Shown one piece after another: positions 1-14,800 of a stretch of DNA of 58,418 nt. The DNA comes from Intoshia linei. Lineage: Eukaryota > Animalia > Orthonectida. The translations under genes and the position numbers were made by a program. The DNA is taken from NCBI GenBank assembly GCA_001642005.1, contig LWCA01000080.1:1-58418 (forward strand), written 5' to 3'. Numbering within the stretch: the stretch's first letter is position 1; each line of letters starts with the position of its first letter. The notes under the pieces were generated by a model, which saw only the letters and a list, made by a program, of their open reading frames with translations, did no database searches and had not been told where the DNA came from.

Positions 1-295
1 TAAAAAAATTTGTTATAAAAATAAAAATGTATATTATAGAAATGTTACTTAAATGAATATTTAAAAAATTCAAATCTAAATGTATTTTTCGCTATATAAA
101 TATTGCTATTAGTTATTCACGATATTTAGAACACTTTTTTGTCAACTATTTTTGTCAAAATATCGAGAATAACCTGAAAATAAAATAATTCAAATTGTTC
201 AAAAGGCCGAACTAAATTGTCAATAAAGCAGCACTCTCCCCACCTCGGTACTAACTTAACAAACACTTCACCGTTAAATAAAGAAACGTTATGAT

Positions 296-1052
296 TAGGG
301 CAGTTTTTTATGGCAAAATGCCATTTATTATATAATAATCAGCACGAAATTACAAGCACCATGATATCAATATTATGTTTATTAATTAGCTAACTAACAA
401 TTTATAAAGTCAATAAATGCCATAAAGTAAGTTGTTTTTTTTAAATGTCATAAAGTCAATATTTTTTTTAAAGGATATTCGACTTAAAAAAATGACATTT
501 ATGATATAATGAACAACACAATTGAACAAATACCTTATATATACAATTTATTAAGAAAAGCGCCATCTACCACAAATAGTGTTGAACGTAGTTTCAGTTT
601 GTTAAAAAAATTGCTAACTAAACAGAGTCAATTTTTACCAGATAATGCTAAGTATACTATGTTATACTACAATAAACATTAATAATTTTCAACATCTCTA
701 ACATCACACAATGAGATTTACAACGTTTGTTTCATTTGCAATTCCTTGTTATTCATATTTATTATTACATACATAAATATTCCTTATTTTAAGTTTTATT
801 CATATTAATTTATTATCTAAAGTGACCGAAACCATCATGATCGGTTATATGCTTATGGCCTATGCGAATATTAAAATTAATGTGTATTAAATATTGTATT
901 GATTTAATTTAAGGTCTACGAAAAGAGTACGGTAGATTAAGTTGGTATTAACCATAGAAACAAACAAAAATTTTAAGGTCAGATAAAGTCAGTAAAGTTA
1001 ATTTTTAGGTCAGTTTTTTTGATATTCTATAGGTCAATAAAAAATTGCCCTA
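296..1052 (+). mobile_element. Non-autonomous hAT-type element with transposase C-terminal remnant, probably inside an FAAH intron
   Basis: TIRs tagggcagttttttatgg / caataaaaaattgcccta. Perfect 8-bp TSD gttatgat (288-295, 1053-1060). Internal remnant at about 575-680 reads NSVERSFSLLKKLLTKQSQFLPDN, resembling the hAT dimerisation domain. Confidence 0.85.
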
Positions 1053-1117
1053 GTTATGATCCGTTATTCCATTGGCCATTAGGGTTAAATGTGAGATAAT
1101 TAAAAAATTAAACTAAC

Positions 1118-3523
1118 GTTATCTCTGAATAAAGCTGGAGACAAATAAGGATCCAATTGGTACATTCTCTCAGACAACATTGATTTCATCAACAATACTA
1201 AACCGTCGACATTTCTAGACATTGGTCCACTAACAGATACAACTGCAAACAAATATTTATAACTTGATAATAAAATTTACTTAATTTTTGTTCTTTTCGA
1301 TCTATCCATTTATCAGTGCTTCTAAAAAGAACAAATTAATATATCGAACGTATTGATATGTTTATTAAAAAATGAAAAATATACACTATGAATGAATATA
1401 ATAACAATATGGAATACTGCAGGTTTATGAATCATGAGGTACAACCCCATGTCGTCTCATCAAAAATATTTTTGGCTGAGATTCTATTTAATTCTTACAA
1501 TTTAAATTATTTTAAATAGGGAAGTATTTTATTTCTCAGTATTTTAATAAAAATTTTTCAGTATTTTCAACAAAAATTGTCAATATAAATATTAAAATGT
1601 CAGTATATTTAAAATACTGACAAAATAATTTTTTTACTGCCCTTCCAATTTAAATACTGACACCTAAAATACTGAAAATCCATTATATCAACTAACAATT
1701 CAATATTTCTACTGACAAATCATATAAAATACTGACACTTTACGGATTAAAATACTGACGTGATAAATACAAGCCTTTTAAATATCTATCTCAAATATCG
1801 AAGGTTGCGAAATATTTATATTGTTAAAATGTGGTTGTGCGCGATACAGAGTTAAAAATCGCTGAAATAATAGGAATTTTCAAAATCAATCATTTTTTGG
1901 AATTTCACTTTTAATAAGGAGGTAAATTATTAACATTAGAGCCCGTAATGTATATGTGGGGAAAGTGTGGATTTCAGAACAATTTGAATTATTTTTACTC
2001 ATTACTCAAAATCATTTTATTTACATATTGTACTTATTATATATGTTAATATAATATTTTAAAAATATTGATTTTTGGTAAAATTTGTGTATTTTCCATA
2101 AGATTCTACTAAATTACATAAAATATGCTAAAAATTTATCATTCACCCCCAATCATCTAAAATTTTCATATTCACCCTTGATGGTAACCAGTCACCCCAT
2201 GAGAAGCACTGCTGTATTTGAATAAAAATTTTTGGGACGTTAGTAAGGCCTACAAACAATAAATGCTTCCCCACCTTTGCTATAATGAGTACGAGTGAAA
2301 ATTGATATTGAATATATTGAATAAATATAATAGTATATATTGTATCGTTGTTATAAATAGATGGTGAATTAAATTATAATAATTGCTCATTTACCCCACT
2401 CGAGCGGCGCAAGGTTTTAAAGAATAAATTCCACACATGGCAGCAGGAATTCTCAATGATCCAGCAACATCGCTTCCCAGTCCTATTTAAAATATAATTA
2501 ACAATTAAAAGTAAAATATAAACCTAATATGGAACCACCAAAGGCTATTAAGGCAGCTTCACCGCCAGATGAACCTCCAGGTGTAAATTGGAGAGAACGT
2601 GATTTAAGAGGATTGGTAGTATTACCAAAAATTGGATTAATTGTATGAAGACTAATTTAACTATATTAATAATGACGATAACATTACCTAAGCCCAGTTT
2701 GAGGAATATTTGTTCTACAAAACAAAATGGCTCCATGGTCAATTAGACACTTGAAATTAAGGATAAAAATGTTTATAATTAAAAATTGTACTTGTATGAT
2801 TGGAGAATTCTTTTCTAGAATTTTATCAACGTATTTTGGAATACCCACAGTACAATCGAAATCCTATATATTAGTTAGAATAGAATTTAAAGTTAGAATA
2901 ACTTTCATAAAGAAATTGTCTTTTATACTGATTGGTAGATATTGTAAAGGTCCCACTGCTTCAACTTTTTCAAGGCGTACAGTTAATTTTTCCTAAAAAT
3001 TAGTAATAGAAAAATACACGTAATAAATGTATTTTTACTTCAGCTTGAAAATCGAACGCTACAAGGCAGTTAGTTTCAAAATGAGCAACAATGGCCTAAA
3101 ATATCTAATTATGATTAATATGAACAATGTTCATTGAACACTGTTGACGCATATGTACCATATATTGATAAGCTCGTAGAACTGATATGGGGTCTATTTC
3201 CGAATTTCTCAGTTTTTCGACAAGTTGTAATACAGGCATGCTACAGATTTCATTAATTTCAGATATATTGATCTGTACTGTTAATTAATTCTTCGAATAA
3301 TACGAATAATTACCTTATCTCTCAATTGCCAATAAAAGTTGGACAATTTTTGGTTAAATAGGGTTTTACGCTTTTTACAAATTCTTCTAGTGGTAAGAGC
3401 ATTTAGACATGAATTTCCATAGTATAATACCAATGCACCTAATGCAACACTACATGTGACTGACAGATATGGAAGGTATTTTCTGTCCGTTAATTTAGAT
3501 GCTATTTGGATTATTTTTTTCAT
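1118..3523 (-). CDS. FAAH: Fatty acid amide hydrolase (FAAH1-like amidase), multi-exon; 3' part not found and probably lies beyond the left edge
   Basis: Spliced exons give an N-terminal hydrophobic segment, then [79 protein letters not shown] and GPMSRNVDGL..MYQLDPYLSPALFRDN. This is the amidase signature with the Lys-Ser-Ser triad intact. The GT-AG introns I traced are phase-consistent. Confidence 0.9.
1517..1777. mobile_element. MITE-like foldback element with subterminal cagtatttt/aaaatactga repeats
   Basis: Several cagtattt repeats in the left half and inverted aaatactga repeats in the right half. Imperfect terminal IRs; no clear TSD. Confidence 0.55.
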
Positions 3524-3645
3524 ATAATTAATTCTTCGAGTAAATTAAATAAATATCACAAGTACTTACAATGTTAATAACTTTAGTGATTTAACATGGA
3601 CAATGTCCATTCTAAAGATTATACCATTATCTGATATTATAAGAT

Positions 3646-3910
3646 AAGCGGTTCTCAAATGGGGTACCATAAATTATTTTGGGGTACCAGTTCGTCTCAT
3701 ACTATGACTCACACTTTATTATTCATAAATTATAAATATTTGTGTACAATATATTTATTTTTGATAAGGTAGAGTTTAACTAACTATTTTATTTGATTTT
3801 TTTTAATTCACATGCTATTATAGTTACAATAAATAGAAATTATTACGGGTACCAAATTATATTTTTTTTAGTTTAGGATTACCAACTGCAAAGTATGTTG
3901 AGAACAGCTG
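3646..3910. mobile_element. hAT-like MITE (cagcggttctcaa family)
   Basis: Ends agcggttctcaa / ttgagaacagctg. The right end recurs inverted at about 45031-45150 and in the same orientation at about 35220-35257. Confidence 0.65.
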
Positions 3911-4317
3911 CATTATCATATTAAAAGAACAAAAGAATATAAAAATACACTTTTACAACTCTAAAGAAAAAAGTTTACCATTAGCAAGTCACAGTTAAAG
4001 TACATTTTATCTAAATTTAAAAAAAATTAATTTTAACAACTTTTTTAGTCTCTTCAGTAGTTAGAGCAGGGATTCTCAACGGTGGGTGAATCGCCCACTT
4101 AGGGAGATTTTTCTATTTAATTTCACAAAATACATAATCTAATAAAAAATTTTTAATGTCAAAAATTATTCTTTGTCGTTTGATTAAAATTTTAAAGTCC
4201 ATTCCTTAAATTTCATACTAAATAACATACAAAAGTATCACTATTTTTTTAACCCTTTCGTGACGAATGTATCAAATTTGCTACAGTGCATTTTTTATGA
4301 ATTTACGGAGTACCAAG

Positions 4318-5001
4318 TAGTGATTGTGCTTTCTTGGGAAAAATAAAAAATTTTTATTTATATAAAATATAGAAGCATTAAAAATTTTAGAGACCTTAAT
4401 TAATTTTAGAAACAAAAAGAAATATAATTAATGAAATAACACAAATCTAGATTGAAATTTACAAATTTAATTTATTTATTTTAGATTGTTGAAAAAGTGT
4501 TTCAAAACACACATAATATTGATAGATTCGTTTTTGAAACGTGTTCTACGTTTTGTAATGAAATTAGAAGCAGTATAGAAATTTCTTTCACTTTGTGTTG
4601 ACGTTGGTTGAATGGTCATAAGTGCTTCCTTTAATTTTAACAATCTTGATGATAGCGTTCCAGTTCGTAATAACTCATAATATTTTTCAAAATAATATTC
4701 GAAAAAGAGGATAATTCCCTTAAGCGTTAGTAATTTGTGGTTGGAATAAAATGTTTTTAAAAAAAATATTGGAAAAAGGATATTTTTTTATTAAGGGTTG
4801 GAAAATTAGATTTTTTATTTGTGGTTTGATGAAGTGGATTTTTGAAATGGTAAATTTTAAATATTATAATATTATCATATTTTCATAGTAATAACAAACA
4901 TAAATCAAATACAGGTATGTCTCAATTTTTTTCGGGAAATCCCAGTAAATCATAAAAATCCCAGGAATTTTGTCCCGGTTTTTTTCCCGGCACAATCACT
5001 A
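4318..5001 (-). mobile_element. Non-autonomous hAT element with dimerisation-domain remnant
   Basis: TIR tagtgattgtgc / gcacaatcacta. Decayed TSD gtaccaag/gtttcagg. Minus-strand remnant at about 4478-4650 reads LMTIQPTSTQSERNFYTASNFITKRRTRFKNESINIMCVLKHFF. Confidence 0.8.
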
Positions 5002-6102
5002 GTTTCAGGACTTTAAAATTTACAATATTAAGTAGATAACATAAATTTAAATGTTAGCGAAAAAATTAAAATTTAATTGAATAAAAAAATCAACTAATAA
5101 ATACGCTAATCATTAATAAATACCTTGATTGTGTAAATATTAACTAAAAATATAAAATCTCAGGTCGATTTTTTAAAAATTTGAGTAACATTAAACCTTG
5201 TTACAAACAGGTAATTGAAAACACTTAGTATAGCTATAGTAAATTTTATCAATCTAAAAATATGTGATTTATATTTTGAATTATGGAAGGGGCGATATTT
5301 AAAAAATATGGTGAATTATGGTCTAAAATTCGATTCTATTCGCGGCGTACCGGTAATAAAAGAAAAAATGTATCGCTTACAATATTAAAGTGAAATTACC
5401 AGCCAAAATTAAAAACAATTTGACAAAAAAGTATAATATAATAAATTGATTTCTAATTAGTAAAAATATTTAACTGGTCCGCGAACCGGCATTTGAAAAA
5501 CGCTGATTTAAAGGATTTTCAAAAAATTTGAAATAAATCATTACATAATTAATAATTTATTAATATAATATTATTGGCCAAATAATTATTTGGCCAGTAG
5601 AATTGAAAAAGGTAATAGATACATTTAAACCAATTAAGATAATTTTAAGGTATAAAAACATGTACCCAAAGACGTCCACCTTCGGATGAACAATAACATA
5701 CAAGCTGGTATATGATATAATATTACAATTTTTAACAGTGAATATGTAAATTTGTGTGTTTCAAATGGATAAAACTGTTTCAGAATCATCTTTTTTTAAT
5801 TTCCTGAAGTAATTGTGGAATATTTTTGTTTTGAATCAAAAAATAAATAACAAATTGAATTTTTGGTCATGAAAGTGTTACCTTATGATATTAATTTTTA
5901 CATTAACCTCATAAGAATGATAGAGTCCTGAAGGATAATACTTATTTTACCGTTATGATTAATGTACATTAAAATTTGAAAAAACTAGCTGAACTAAATT
6001 TTTTTCATACTTAACAAATTTCTGGTTTTGACTGTGAAAATGCAATTGTTTTTTTAATTTTTTTAAAAGCGTTATGTATCTTAAAAACTAAATAAAATTT
6101 AT

Positions 6103-9100
6103 TTAAAAAAATACATTCAAGGTATTACAAGATTTTTGAGGCTTGGTAATGATAAGTTCCGGTAATTTGTTTTTAAATATTTCAATTTTATACATTTGAC
6201 TAAGTGTTTTCTAAATAAGTGTAATATGATTTAAAAATGAATTAATACCTCAACAATAGGCTCCATCAACATTTTGAAAGCAACGGATTGTTGCTTCAAA
6301 TTTGACCTATTCGAATTAAACACTTTTTCGAAAACCTAATATAAAAATAAAAAATAAACTGAAAAAGCAAACCTTGTAATTTTCACATTCAATTGACATT
6401 CCAAATAGAATTTTATCATAACAATGGAAATTCTAATTTAAACCGATTAACCACAAAAAATTTTTTAAATTACAAAGGCTTTATAAATCATAGCACCAAT
6501 TCTATACAATTTTGGAGAATCCATTTGAGCATTTCTTACGACACTTAATATATATCTCTTAAAAATTTCTTGATAAAAATCCCCATCTCCGTTTAATTTC
6601 AATAGAATCTAAAATCAAAAACCATACAAAAATTAAAGTAAACAAACCTCCTTAAAACGATTATCAATTAAATCAATGGCCGTTGTATGTACACCGCTAT
6701 TTTTGCAATACAATGCATCGATAATGAATTTAGCAAAACTTTTACGAGTATTTAATTCAAGGGAAGTGTAGTATCCAGAATTGAGAACAATTTGGAGACA
6801 AAACAGTAAAGAGTGAACGAAACTCCAAAAATACTTGACATCTACTTGAAAATTAGTAGAATCAGACTGATTCTTAACTTGAGCAAATTCCTCTAAATCC
6901 AAGTACCACAAATTCAAAATTCGTTGATAAGACTGATCAAAAAATTTACATAAAAAGGGTTCAATAAAATCCGTCTTATAAATTTTAGAAAAGTTGCTTT
7001 TCAAGATTTTATATATAAATTTTTGAATAAAATGATCAATCTGTCGAAATGGCATGTAAGAGAGATTATCCAAAAAAGCATCATTCATAAGATCGTTTAG
7101 ATTTGGAATTAAAAAAAATGATTCACCAAGAACTTCAACTGCATTACCCAACCGTATTGTAATAAAAGTCATCAAATCTCGCAACATGCAAACGAAATTT
7201 TTATTTGATTTTAATGTTTCCTTTTCAATTTCCTCAGAAACATCTACGGACCAATCAACACATTTTAATGCATCATATAATACTGGAAAAGAATTTTTTA
7301 ACGACTCTAAAATTTCTTGGCTCCACAATTTCGTTATGGCGCTCTTGATGGTAAAAATGATTTCAATATTTTTAAGTATATAGTCAGTATTTGGGCTAAT
7401 GATAATATTGACTTGATGGCCTCGAATTGACTGACCGAAAAGTTTCTTAAATTTAAATTTAGAATTCAAATTTTTTCCAGAAAGTGTAGAGTCAAGGTTT
7501 TCAATTGAATCAATTTTTGGAGATACTGAAGCAACAATGCCAAAAATTTCAGTAAAATGAATCAATTTTCCAATAAACGAAATTATAGAATGACAAAATT
7601 TTTCATCTCCGAAAAAATCAACATTGCAATTTTTCGTATTGTAATATTCAGCAAGAATGGAAACAAAGTACTTGAAAATGAAATTATTGTTGATAAATTG
7701 CAGAATATCGGATAGGTTGTCTTCAGCCATTGCGTAAATGTTGTTTATTACCATCTGAATTTGTTCGTAATTGTCAAATTTCAAACCAATTATATAATAC
7801 GTTTCTAAAAGTTGGCGTTTATGAAGATACTTTTTATCTGATTTAAAAATTTGATTAGTAATATTGAAAATGTTGTCGATGTCATTGCACAAAATTGTCC
7901 CGTAATGAATCGCAAATTTGTTATATATACTCAGCAGAGCTTTTAAATGGTTGGTTTCCGAAAAATTCATAAACGATTTGAAAATTTCGCTGACGAAAAT
8001 GAGTACATCTTGGTCCTGAATAATGATAAATTTTATAAACTGGGCAATAGTCATGCATCTATAATAAATGAAACTGTTATCTGTCATTTTAATGGTTTCG
8101 AGTAAAAAGTTGAGGAGATACTCATTTTGTTCTGAGGAAATGGGAATGCTGAATTTTTTCAAGCTATGAGTAGAGAAAGCATACATTGAAGACCAGGTGT
8201 ATTCATCTGTCGTGTCAGAAACTTGTCTGAGGTAGTCAAATACCAATTCAAACAATTCCGCGTCTTTGAAAGAATTTTGGGATGACCAAAATGAAATAAT
8301 TTTAGCTTGAAGACTTTTTTTTGAAATAGAATCGTCCATAAACTGAACACAATCAGCATTCTCTTTACATAAATCAATGTGGATAATGAATGCTTGTTTC
8401 ATTAACGCCAATACATCCGTTTTCTGAAAGCCATTTCTAACTAATGGAATCCAAAACGTAAAGATAATGGTACATAAATATTTGCATTCTGAGGAGTACA
8501 GGACAGGTAAGGATTCTAGTGACAGAGTAATAAATTTTCTAATAAGTTCCTTTTTTTGTACATCACGTATTCCATAAGTGACAGCGTTTGCGAAAGTGGT
8601 TGAGGGGAAAGCATGAAATAGTCTAATTACCAATTCCACAGTAGAAGAAATTTGTTCATTAAACTGCTGAGAAAAAGACATGAAATGAACGAAAAAGTCG
8701 CACATTTTTGTAGAAAAAAATAAATTTTCTATAATTTGTTTCAAATGAGATTTATGCGCAGATTGTACATATATATTAAGACAGTTCAAGGCTTGATTAC
8801 AAAGTTGTATTTTGTTTTCAGTCATTGAATGTTCGTAAACTGAAAAACACAGGTTTACAAACCAATCTTGATTAGTAAAATAATGAAATTCTGCTATTGG
8901 CATTAATAAGGCCAGAACATCAAAAGTGTCGTTCATTACAACATAAAAATTATCATTCCGAAACGACAAAATCAAGTAATCAGTTATTTGACCCTTAAAA
9001 AAGGTTATTATATTGTTAGATATTCTACATATAGCACGGCGTATATCCGCCATTCTCGTTGAAAGTTTTTCTGAATTGTCTACATCTTCTAATAACCTTT

Positions 9101-9640
9101 TCCAAATCTTTGTAACAATTTTCAATTGAGTTATCCCAATTTTAGACGTTTCGCTCAATTCTAAATGCATGTCCTTCCAATTTTGAGGCCATTCCAGTTT
9201 TATTATTTCTACCATAACACTTGATACTGACTCTATAACCAATCTTGGAATACTTTCACTACAAGATTGAATGTAAATAACAATAAACTCTTTAATTTCT
9301 TTTTTTTCGTTTAATTCGTAAATTCCCCATTTCACCCTACATAAAATTTGTAAATTAAAAATCTCGTTTACCTAATGTTTTCTTGCAATAAACTCAAACA
9401 ATTGAACAACAAAATTTTATTTTCATTCGTTATTAATGAAATACATTTTTTAGCAGTGGATATACAAAATAACCAGCATAGTGGTGAATTTTTTAATTCA
9501 TTTATAACCTAAATAAATGGTAGATGGTAAATATCTATTCTCAATTTTACCAAATTTGCAGAAATCAAATCTTGTGGGTTTAATGTATTTTTATTTATCG
9601 CACTTATCGTATTTTCCCATTTAATAAATAAATCCTCCAT
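6103..9640 (-). CDS. XPO5: Exportin-5 (importin-beta family), multi-exon
   Basis: ATG at 9640, two short 5' exons, a 2.7-kb exon (VMVEIIKLEWPQNWKDMHLEL...KRLLEDV, resembling XPO5 IVVEMIKREWPQHWPDML), then four small 3' exons including FKMLMEPIVEKTLSQMYKIEIFKNKLPEL, resembling the XPO5 C-terminus. The exact stop is uncertain (6103, or further exons to about 5761). Confidence 0.8.
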
Positions 9641-9946
9641 TAATCATTTAAATTTAATCAAATCTCATATTTCAATTTTACTAAAGTTTGTTGCACGGTA
9701 AATTTATATTATGGCGATAATACATTATTTCTAAATAGCTATACCTTTTTCATTCAGTGCAGTATTAACTATGCACTTATATTATTCATTTTTATAAATA
9801 TAACGGCGTTTTATAACTTTTTAAGTTATAGGATAACTCGTCATTTCATACAATTTGACGTCACAATTACTGTGTTTCTTTAAATCAGTGGTTTTTAACC
9901 AGTTTACAAAGGATGCACGGAGCTAGTTTTCTGCTTATATATATTA

Positions 9947-10020
9947 CTAGCTTGACTGTTATGTACTACGTACAAACAGCACCTAGCTCTGCCGAGGGCA
10001 CATTTTTATTATACCAAAAA
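9947..10020 (-). mobile_element. Helitron 3' end (hairpin + CTAG)
   Basis: Minus strand reads gctgtttgtac-gta-gtacataacag-tcaagCTAG|T. The same motif occurs at about 30978, 31185, 33045-33113, 41893, 49231, 51287 and 51420. Confidence 0.7.
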
Positions 10021-10460
10021 AATAAATTAAAAACAGTCCAAACCTAAAAATTTTCATAAATAGCATATTATTTCAAAAAAAATAAAATTATAAAAACCTA
10101 TTTTGTCATTTTCAATGTGATGACATATATTCAGAACCAATTTAATAAATACTTACTAATATTAACTGTGTATCAATAATTAACTGAATCTTCACTTTAT
10201 AAACATTTCAGTTGAATTTTACCATTATTGCAAAGGATTGTAATATAAAAATGATATTAACAAAGTTGTTTAGTTTCGTTGTTTAGTTTCTTATATAAAT
10301 TTAAATGTTTTAATAAAAATGTTTTGAAAATAAAAATTTGAAATTTAAAAATTGCGTAGCAAGTATTTTTTTATCCAACTCAATTTAGTATATTTAGTTT
10401 AGTTACGAAGTTTATTTTTACGATCCTTTGATTTACGATCTAGTGGTAGTGCGTCATACC

Positions 10461-11015
10461 TAGGGTTGCCAACTGCGTTATTTTCCCCCTGAGACTTCGG
10501 GTTTTCAAATTTAACTGAGGGTTTAGGGTTAAGTAATATTGCTCAGGGTAATTTAATTATTTTAATCAAAATGATCAGATCAGACATATTTTATTTATAT
10601 TGGATGAATAAGGAATTACACACCAAATTCAAGATTTTATGAACGACTTATAACAGCCTGCTCAAATTAACCTTATTAATATGGCCAAAACTCAACAAAA
10701 ATATAATTTTCGAAAATAAATGATTTTGATCTTCTTTTGTGTTGTGTCATTTGTTTTTTTCTCTAAAGTCTTTATTATGAAGTCATTTTGAAATGTTCTA
10801 TTTGTTATGAAAAATTTAAAGTATTCATTTTGAAATTTGCAATAAAAATTGTATGTAAACTGTTATTATTTTTTGAAAAAGAGACCCCAAAGTAAAAGAG
10901 GGCCACCAAAAAATTTTTTAAATAACAAAAAAAAACACGCTTCGCTGCGCTTCAACCAAATTTTGAGTTTCGCTCAAAAATTCTGGTTGAGGATAATTTA
11001 ATGTTGGTAACCCTA
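10461..11015. mobile_element. hAT-type MITE
   Basis: TIR tagggttgccaac / gttggtaacccta. TSD gtcatacc/gtcatatc (7/8). Confidence 0.85.
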
Positions 11016-11895
11016 GTCATATCACGATAATTTAATTATACTAAAACCGATCTGCAATGTATAATTTATCTTATTGAAATTTAATTAAATTAAAAAATTA
11101 ATCTTGCACAATAAATACCAAACCAAAAATATTTCTTTTATAATTTTCAGAATACAATTATCACAAAATAATTAACTCGCCAATTTTACTCCGTTATCGG
11201 CTATAATTTGGCTTATCTAGTGAAAACGATAACCCATGTAACAATATTTGTTTTGTGGATTTTGTTATTTCAGATCTTATAATTAGTAATTGTATTACAA
11301 GTTATAGGATTCGTAAAAGACTATATTTGTGCAATTATATTTAGTTTTAAATTTCAACACAAAAGAAAGGCAGATTAAATTCCTGATTTGAACTAAGAAT
11401 TTAAAGTCGACAAATTGAATAGTAATTTAGTACAGATGTAGACCAGTTAATTGCATAAATAAATCACGAACTATATAGTTCAGACGATTAGTCAGACTTG
11501 TTGCAAGTAACTTTCATAATTATAATAAAGCGACGAAGTTTTGGAAAAACAGAATTACAGACAGTAGGCAAGAAACACTAACATAATAAAGTGCGTCTGT
11601 GCAGTGCATAATTTTTATCAAGTTTACATGGCCTAGGTAACTAAATCATAGTTACAAAATTTATTATTTTGTCTGCGTCTAAATATTATTTATCACGCAG
11701 CAACTTACAATGTCACTTGAAGCAGTACTTCTCTCCAATTTTAAAACTCATACGAGAATATAAATACAAAATTAAAGCGTAGTTTGATATAATTTTAATT
11801 TAAAATACGATTTAGATGCCTCTTTGGTAATATTTCAAGAAATTTTTTGTTTATGGAACGACTAAACTTATTAGAATCCTTGTTATAACTCGATA

Positions 11896-14800
11896 ATGGT
11901 AATTTCATCTGAAAACACACAAGTGGACGGCGTAAATATTAATATTGAATACGTTCAAAACGTGGATGCAAATTTAAAATCAAACCAAAAAATATTAAAC
12001 TCCGCCGGCATTGCATTGAATCGTGTCAACGGGTCTGCCGACACAAATAATCATTTTAGTGGTTCTCCCCAGTCTCAACTACAGGTATTTATCTTTTTAA
12101 ATGAATGTCAGGTTTGCCAATGTGTTTACTTTTTACTGAAAATCTAACGTCTAGACATTGTCATGTACTTTGTTACTTGGATATTTAGACAAATAGTAAA
12201 TTAACGAATTTTAGTTGTTTATTTTATTGTTTTGTACAAATAGGCTCACCTGTATATTGTCATGGATGTGCCTTATTTATTCAATTATATATGTATTTAC
12301 TTTATTTCAATACACGTCATAATAATTATAAATGTTTCATAGTTCCCGACACCTGCACCACCATCTTACGCCCCCATCAACAATTCCGCATCCGTATCTG
12401 CCAACAAGATTAAAATTGAAACGTAAGCTCTTATATTTTATTTTTTTTAAATATGATCAGACTTGTTCACAACAAAGATACTTACTTTCGGCCTACAATA
12501 CCATATCAAGTAATCCATTTGTAATGCCTAATTTTATTCATATTTATAGGATCACAGTTATGGGTGCACTGTCTATGCATCCACATCACCAATGTTAAAG
12601 AAAAAGGTATCAATAAACTTGAAAAATTCAACAAATAGCCACGAAAAAATTTCACCAATGTCTGTTCAACTACACAATTCTCCGAGAGTTTTAGAAAAAA
12701 CGGCATCTATTTTTAGTAAAAAGCGCCTAGATAAACCAAAAATTGAAGCTGATAAAAAAGTTTTTATTGAAAAAGACAAAGCATACATTACTCGCTGTAT
12801 TTGTGGTTTTGAACATGACGATGGATACATGATTTGTTGTGATGAATGTGGCGTTTGGCAGCATGTCGTATGTATGGGAATGGACAAGAGTACCATTCCC
12901 GATGAATATTTATGCGAAATTTGTTGTCCCCGTGTTACTGATGTCAAACGAGCTATTTTGCTTCAGAAAAAAAATGCAAACAAATTAACTAGCAACAGTA
13001 GTTCAGACGAAATTAGTATTGGCAGAAATGCAGATAATAGTTCAATCAATGATTATTTTCACAATCCAACCTCTAAACCTTCCAAATCCCACGTTAAACA
13101 AGTCAATATCGAACGACGTAAAATTATTAGTCTATACAGAAAAAGGCGAAAACGACAATCCGACACATCTCATTTATCGTTTCCTGAAAAGTCCTTTATT
13201 ATTAATAAACTCAATGTGAATTATACATTCTGCCAAAACAATATTGTTCGATCAGAATTAAAAAATATCTTCAACCCAGCACAATGCAATTTTGAGATCT
13301 CAAATAAAATCGAAAATTGTTATTTAAATTTAGTCGACGCTGACACGTTATGTTTATGTGCTTCAAATAATATACCAACCGATCAGCCTGTTATTGAGTA
13401 TGTTGGTGAAGTAGGTCTTCTTGATTCTTACTTGTTAGACAATGATATTTACGTTTCTGCATGCAATTATGCCTTATTTTATAAAAAATTCCAAGAAGAA
13501 ATTTTGATCGACTCCAATAAGTTCGGAAACCTGTCTAGATTCATTAGAAGATCTTGTACTCCAAATTGCATGGTTCAACATATTCTTCAAAATGATTCAA
13601 TTCATTTTATTGTTTATTCTACTCAAAATATCCTCAAAAATGTGGAAATCACCATACCTTTTGATATTGACTACGAAAAATGCGAATATTACGTTGAATG
13701 TGCGTGCAAACGTCTTAGATGTCCGGTAGATTCGCGAATCAAAAAACCTATCAAGAAATCTATTGTAGAAACGCCTAAAATTAAAAAGGATATCAAAGTT
13801 GTCAATATTGAAAAAATAATTGAGCCTGTATTACTCCCTGTTGAAAAAATTTATCCTAAACCTATTGTAAAACCGGAAAAAATTCAGCCAGTTAAAGCTA
13901 ACCCACCGATTGCTATTGTATCTGCGTTTAAATTAGATTCAGTAGAACCCGTGCAAACTTCTACACCAAAAATTAAAGTAAAAGCTCACCCTAAAGAAAA
14001 AACACTCAAAAAAATTAGAAAAAAAACCTACAGCAAGCAAACCATTGAAAATAGTTCTGAAGAATCTTTTGATGAGTTTAGCGATGATGACTATGTAGTT
14101 AAAAACTCTTCTAAAAAAGAACCTGTTAAAGCTCAACTTATTCCTATTTCGAAAATGGTATTTTAATTATAATATTTGACGTTTATAAAGTTTATTTTTG
14201 ATTGATAATAGATTATGAGAATTATAATAGAAAAAATACATTCCGTCTATATTTGAAATTATTATGGTGTGCTTGTTTTTTGCATTCTTATTTTATATTA
14301 TGTTAGACTCGTGAAGAACGCAAGATTGCACAATTGATGGAACTCTTTGCGAAAATAGAAAAGCGAGATGCTCGACGTAAATCTGTAAAACCCAAGGTTA
14401 GTTTTAGTATTTTATTAGTATTTTATTTTTTAAATTAGAAATCAAAAATTAAAGTAAAACCAAAATCTAAAAACCCAAAGTCTAAACCAAAGTCTAAAAA
14501 TAAAATTAAAAAAATTTCCAAATCATTCGAAAAATTATCGGACCGAGAAGATGATAATTTTAATAAAGATGTGAAGTGCGAATCCGTTGAAAACATTTCT
14601 TTAAATCATAAATCTGAAGGCGATGAAACTGTAGAATCGTTAAATTCTCTAAAGGATGACACAGTTTTCGATATTAATGTTGAACAATCCTCTATACATG
14701 TTTCTGCAAAAAAGGTTTAGTTTAGTTTTTTGGTATTTTATTTTTGTAGAGATGGTTAAAACAAGCATTGTCGGATTCATCAACCGTTACAGTTGGAGAT

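Noticed and set aside
110-175. Possible terminal FAAH exon (VILDILTK...)
   Set aside because: No FAAH similarity, and it lies next to MITE-like sequence. The gene more likely continues beyond the edge.
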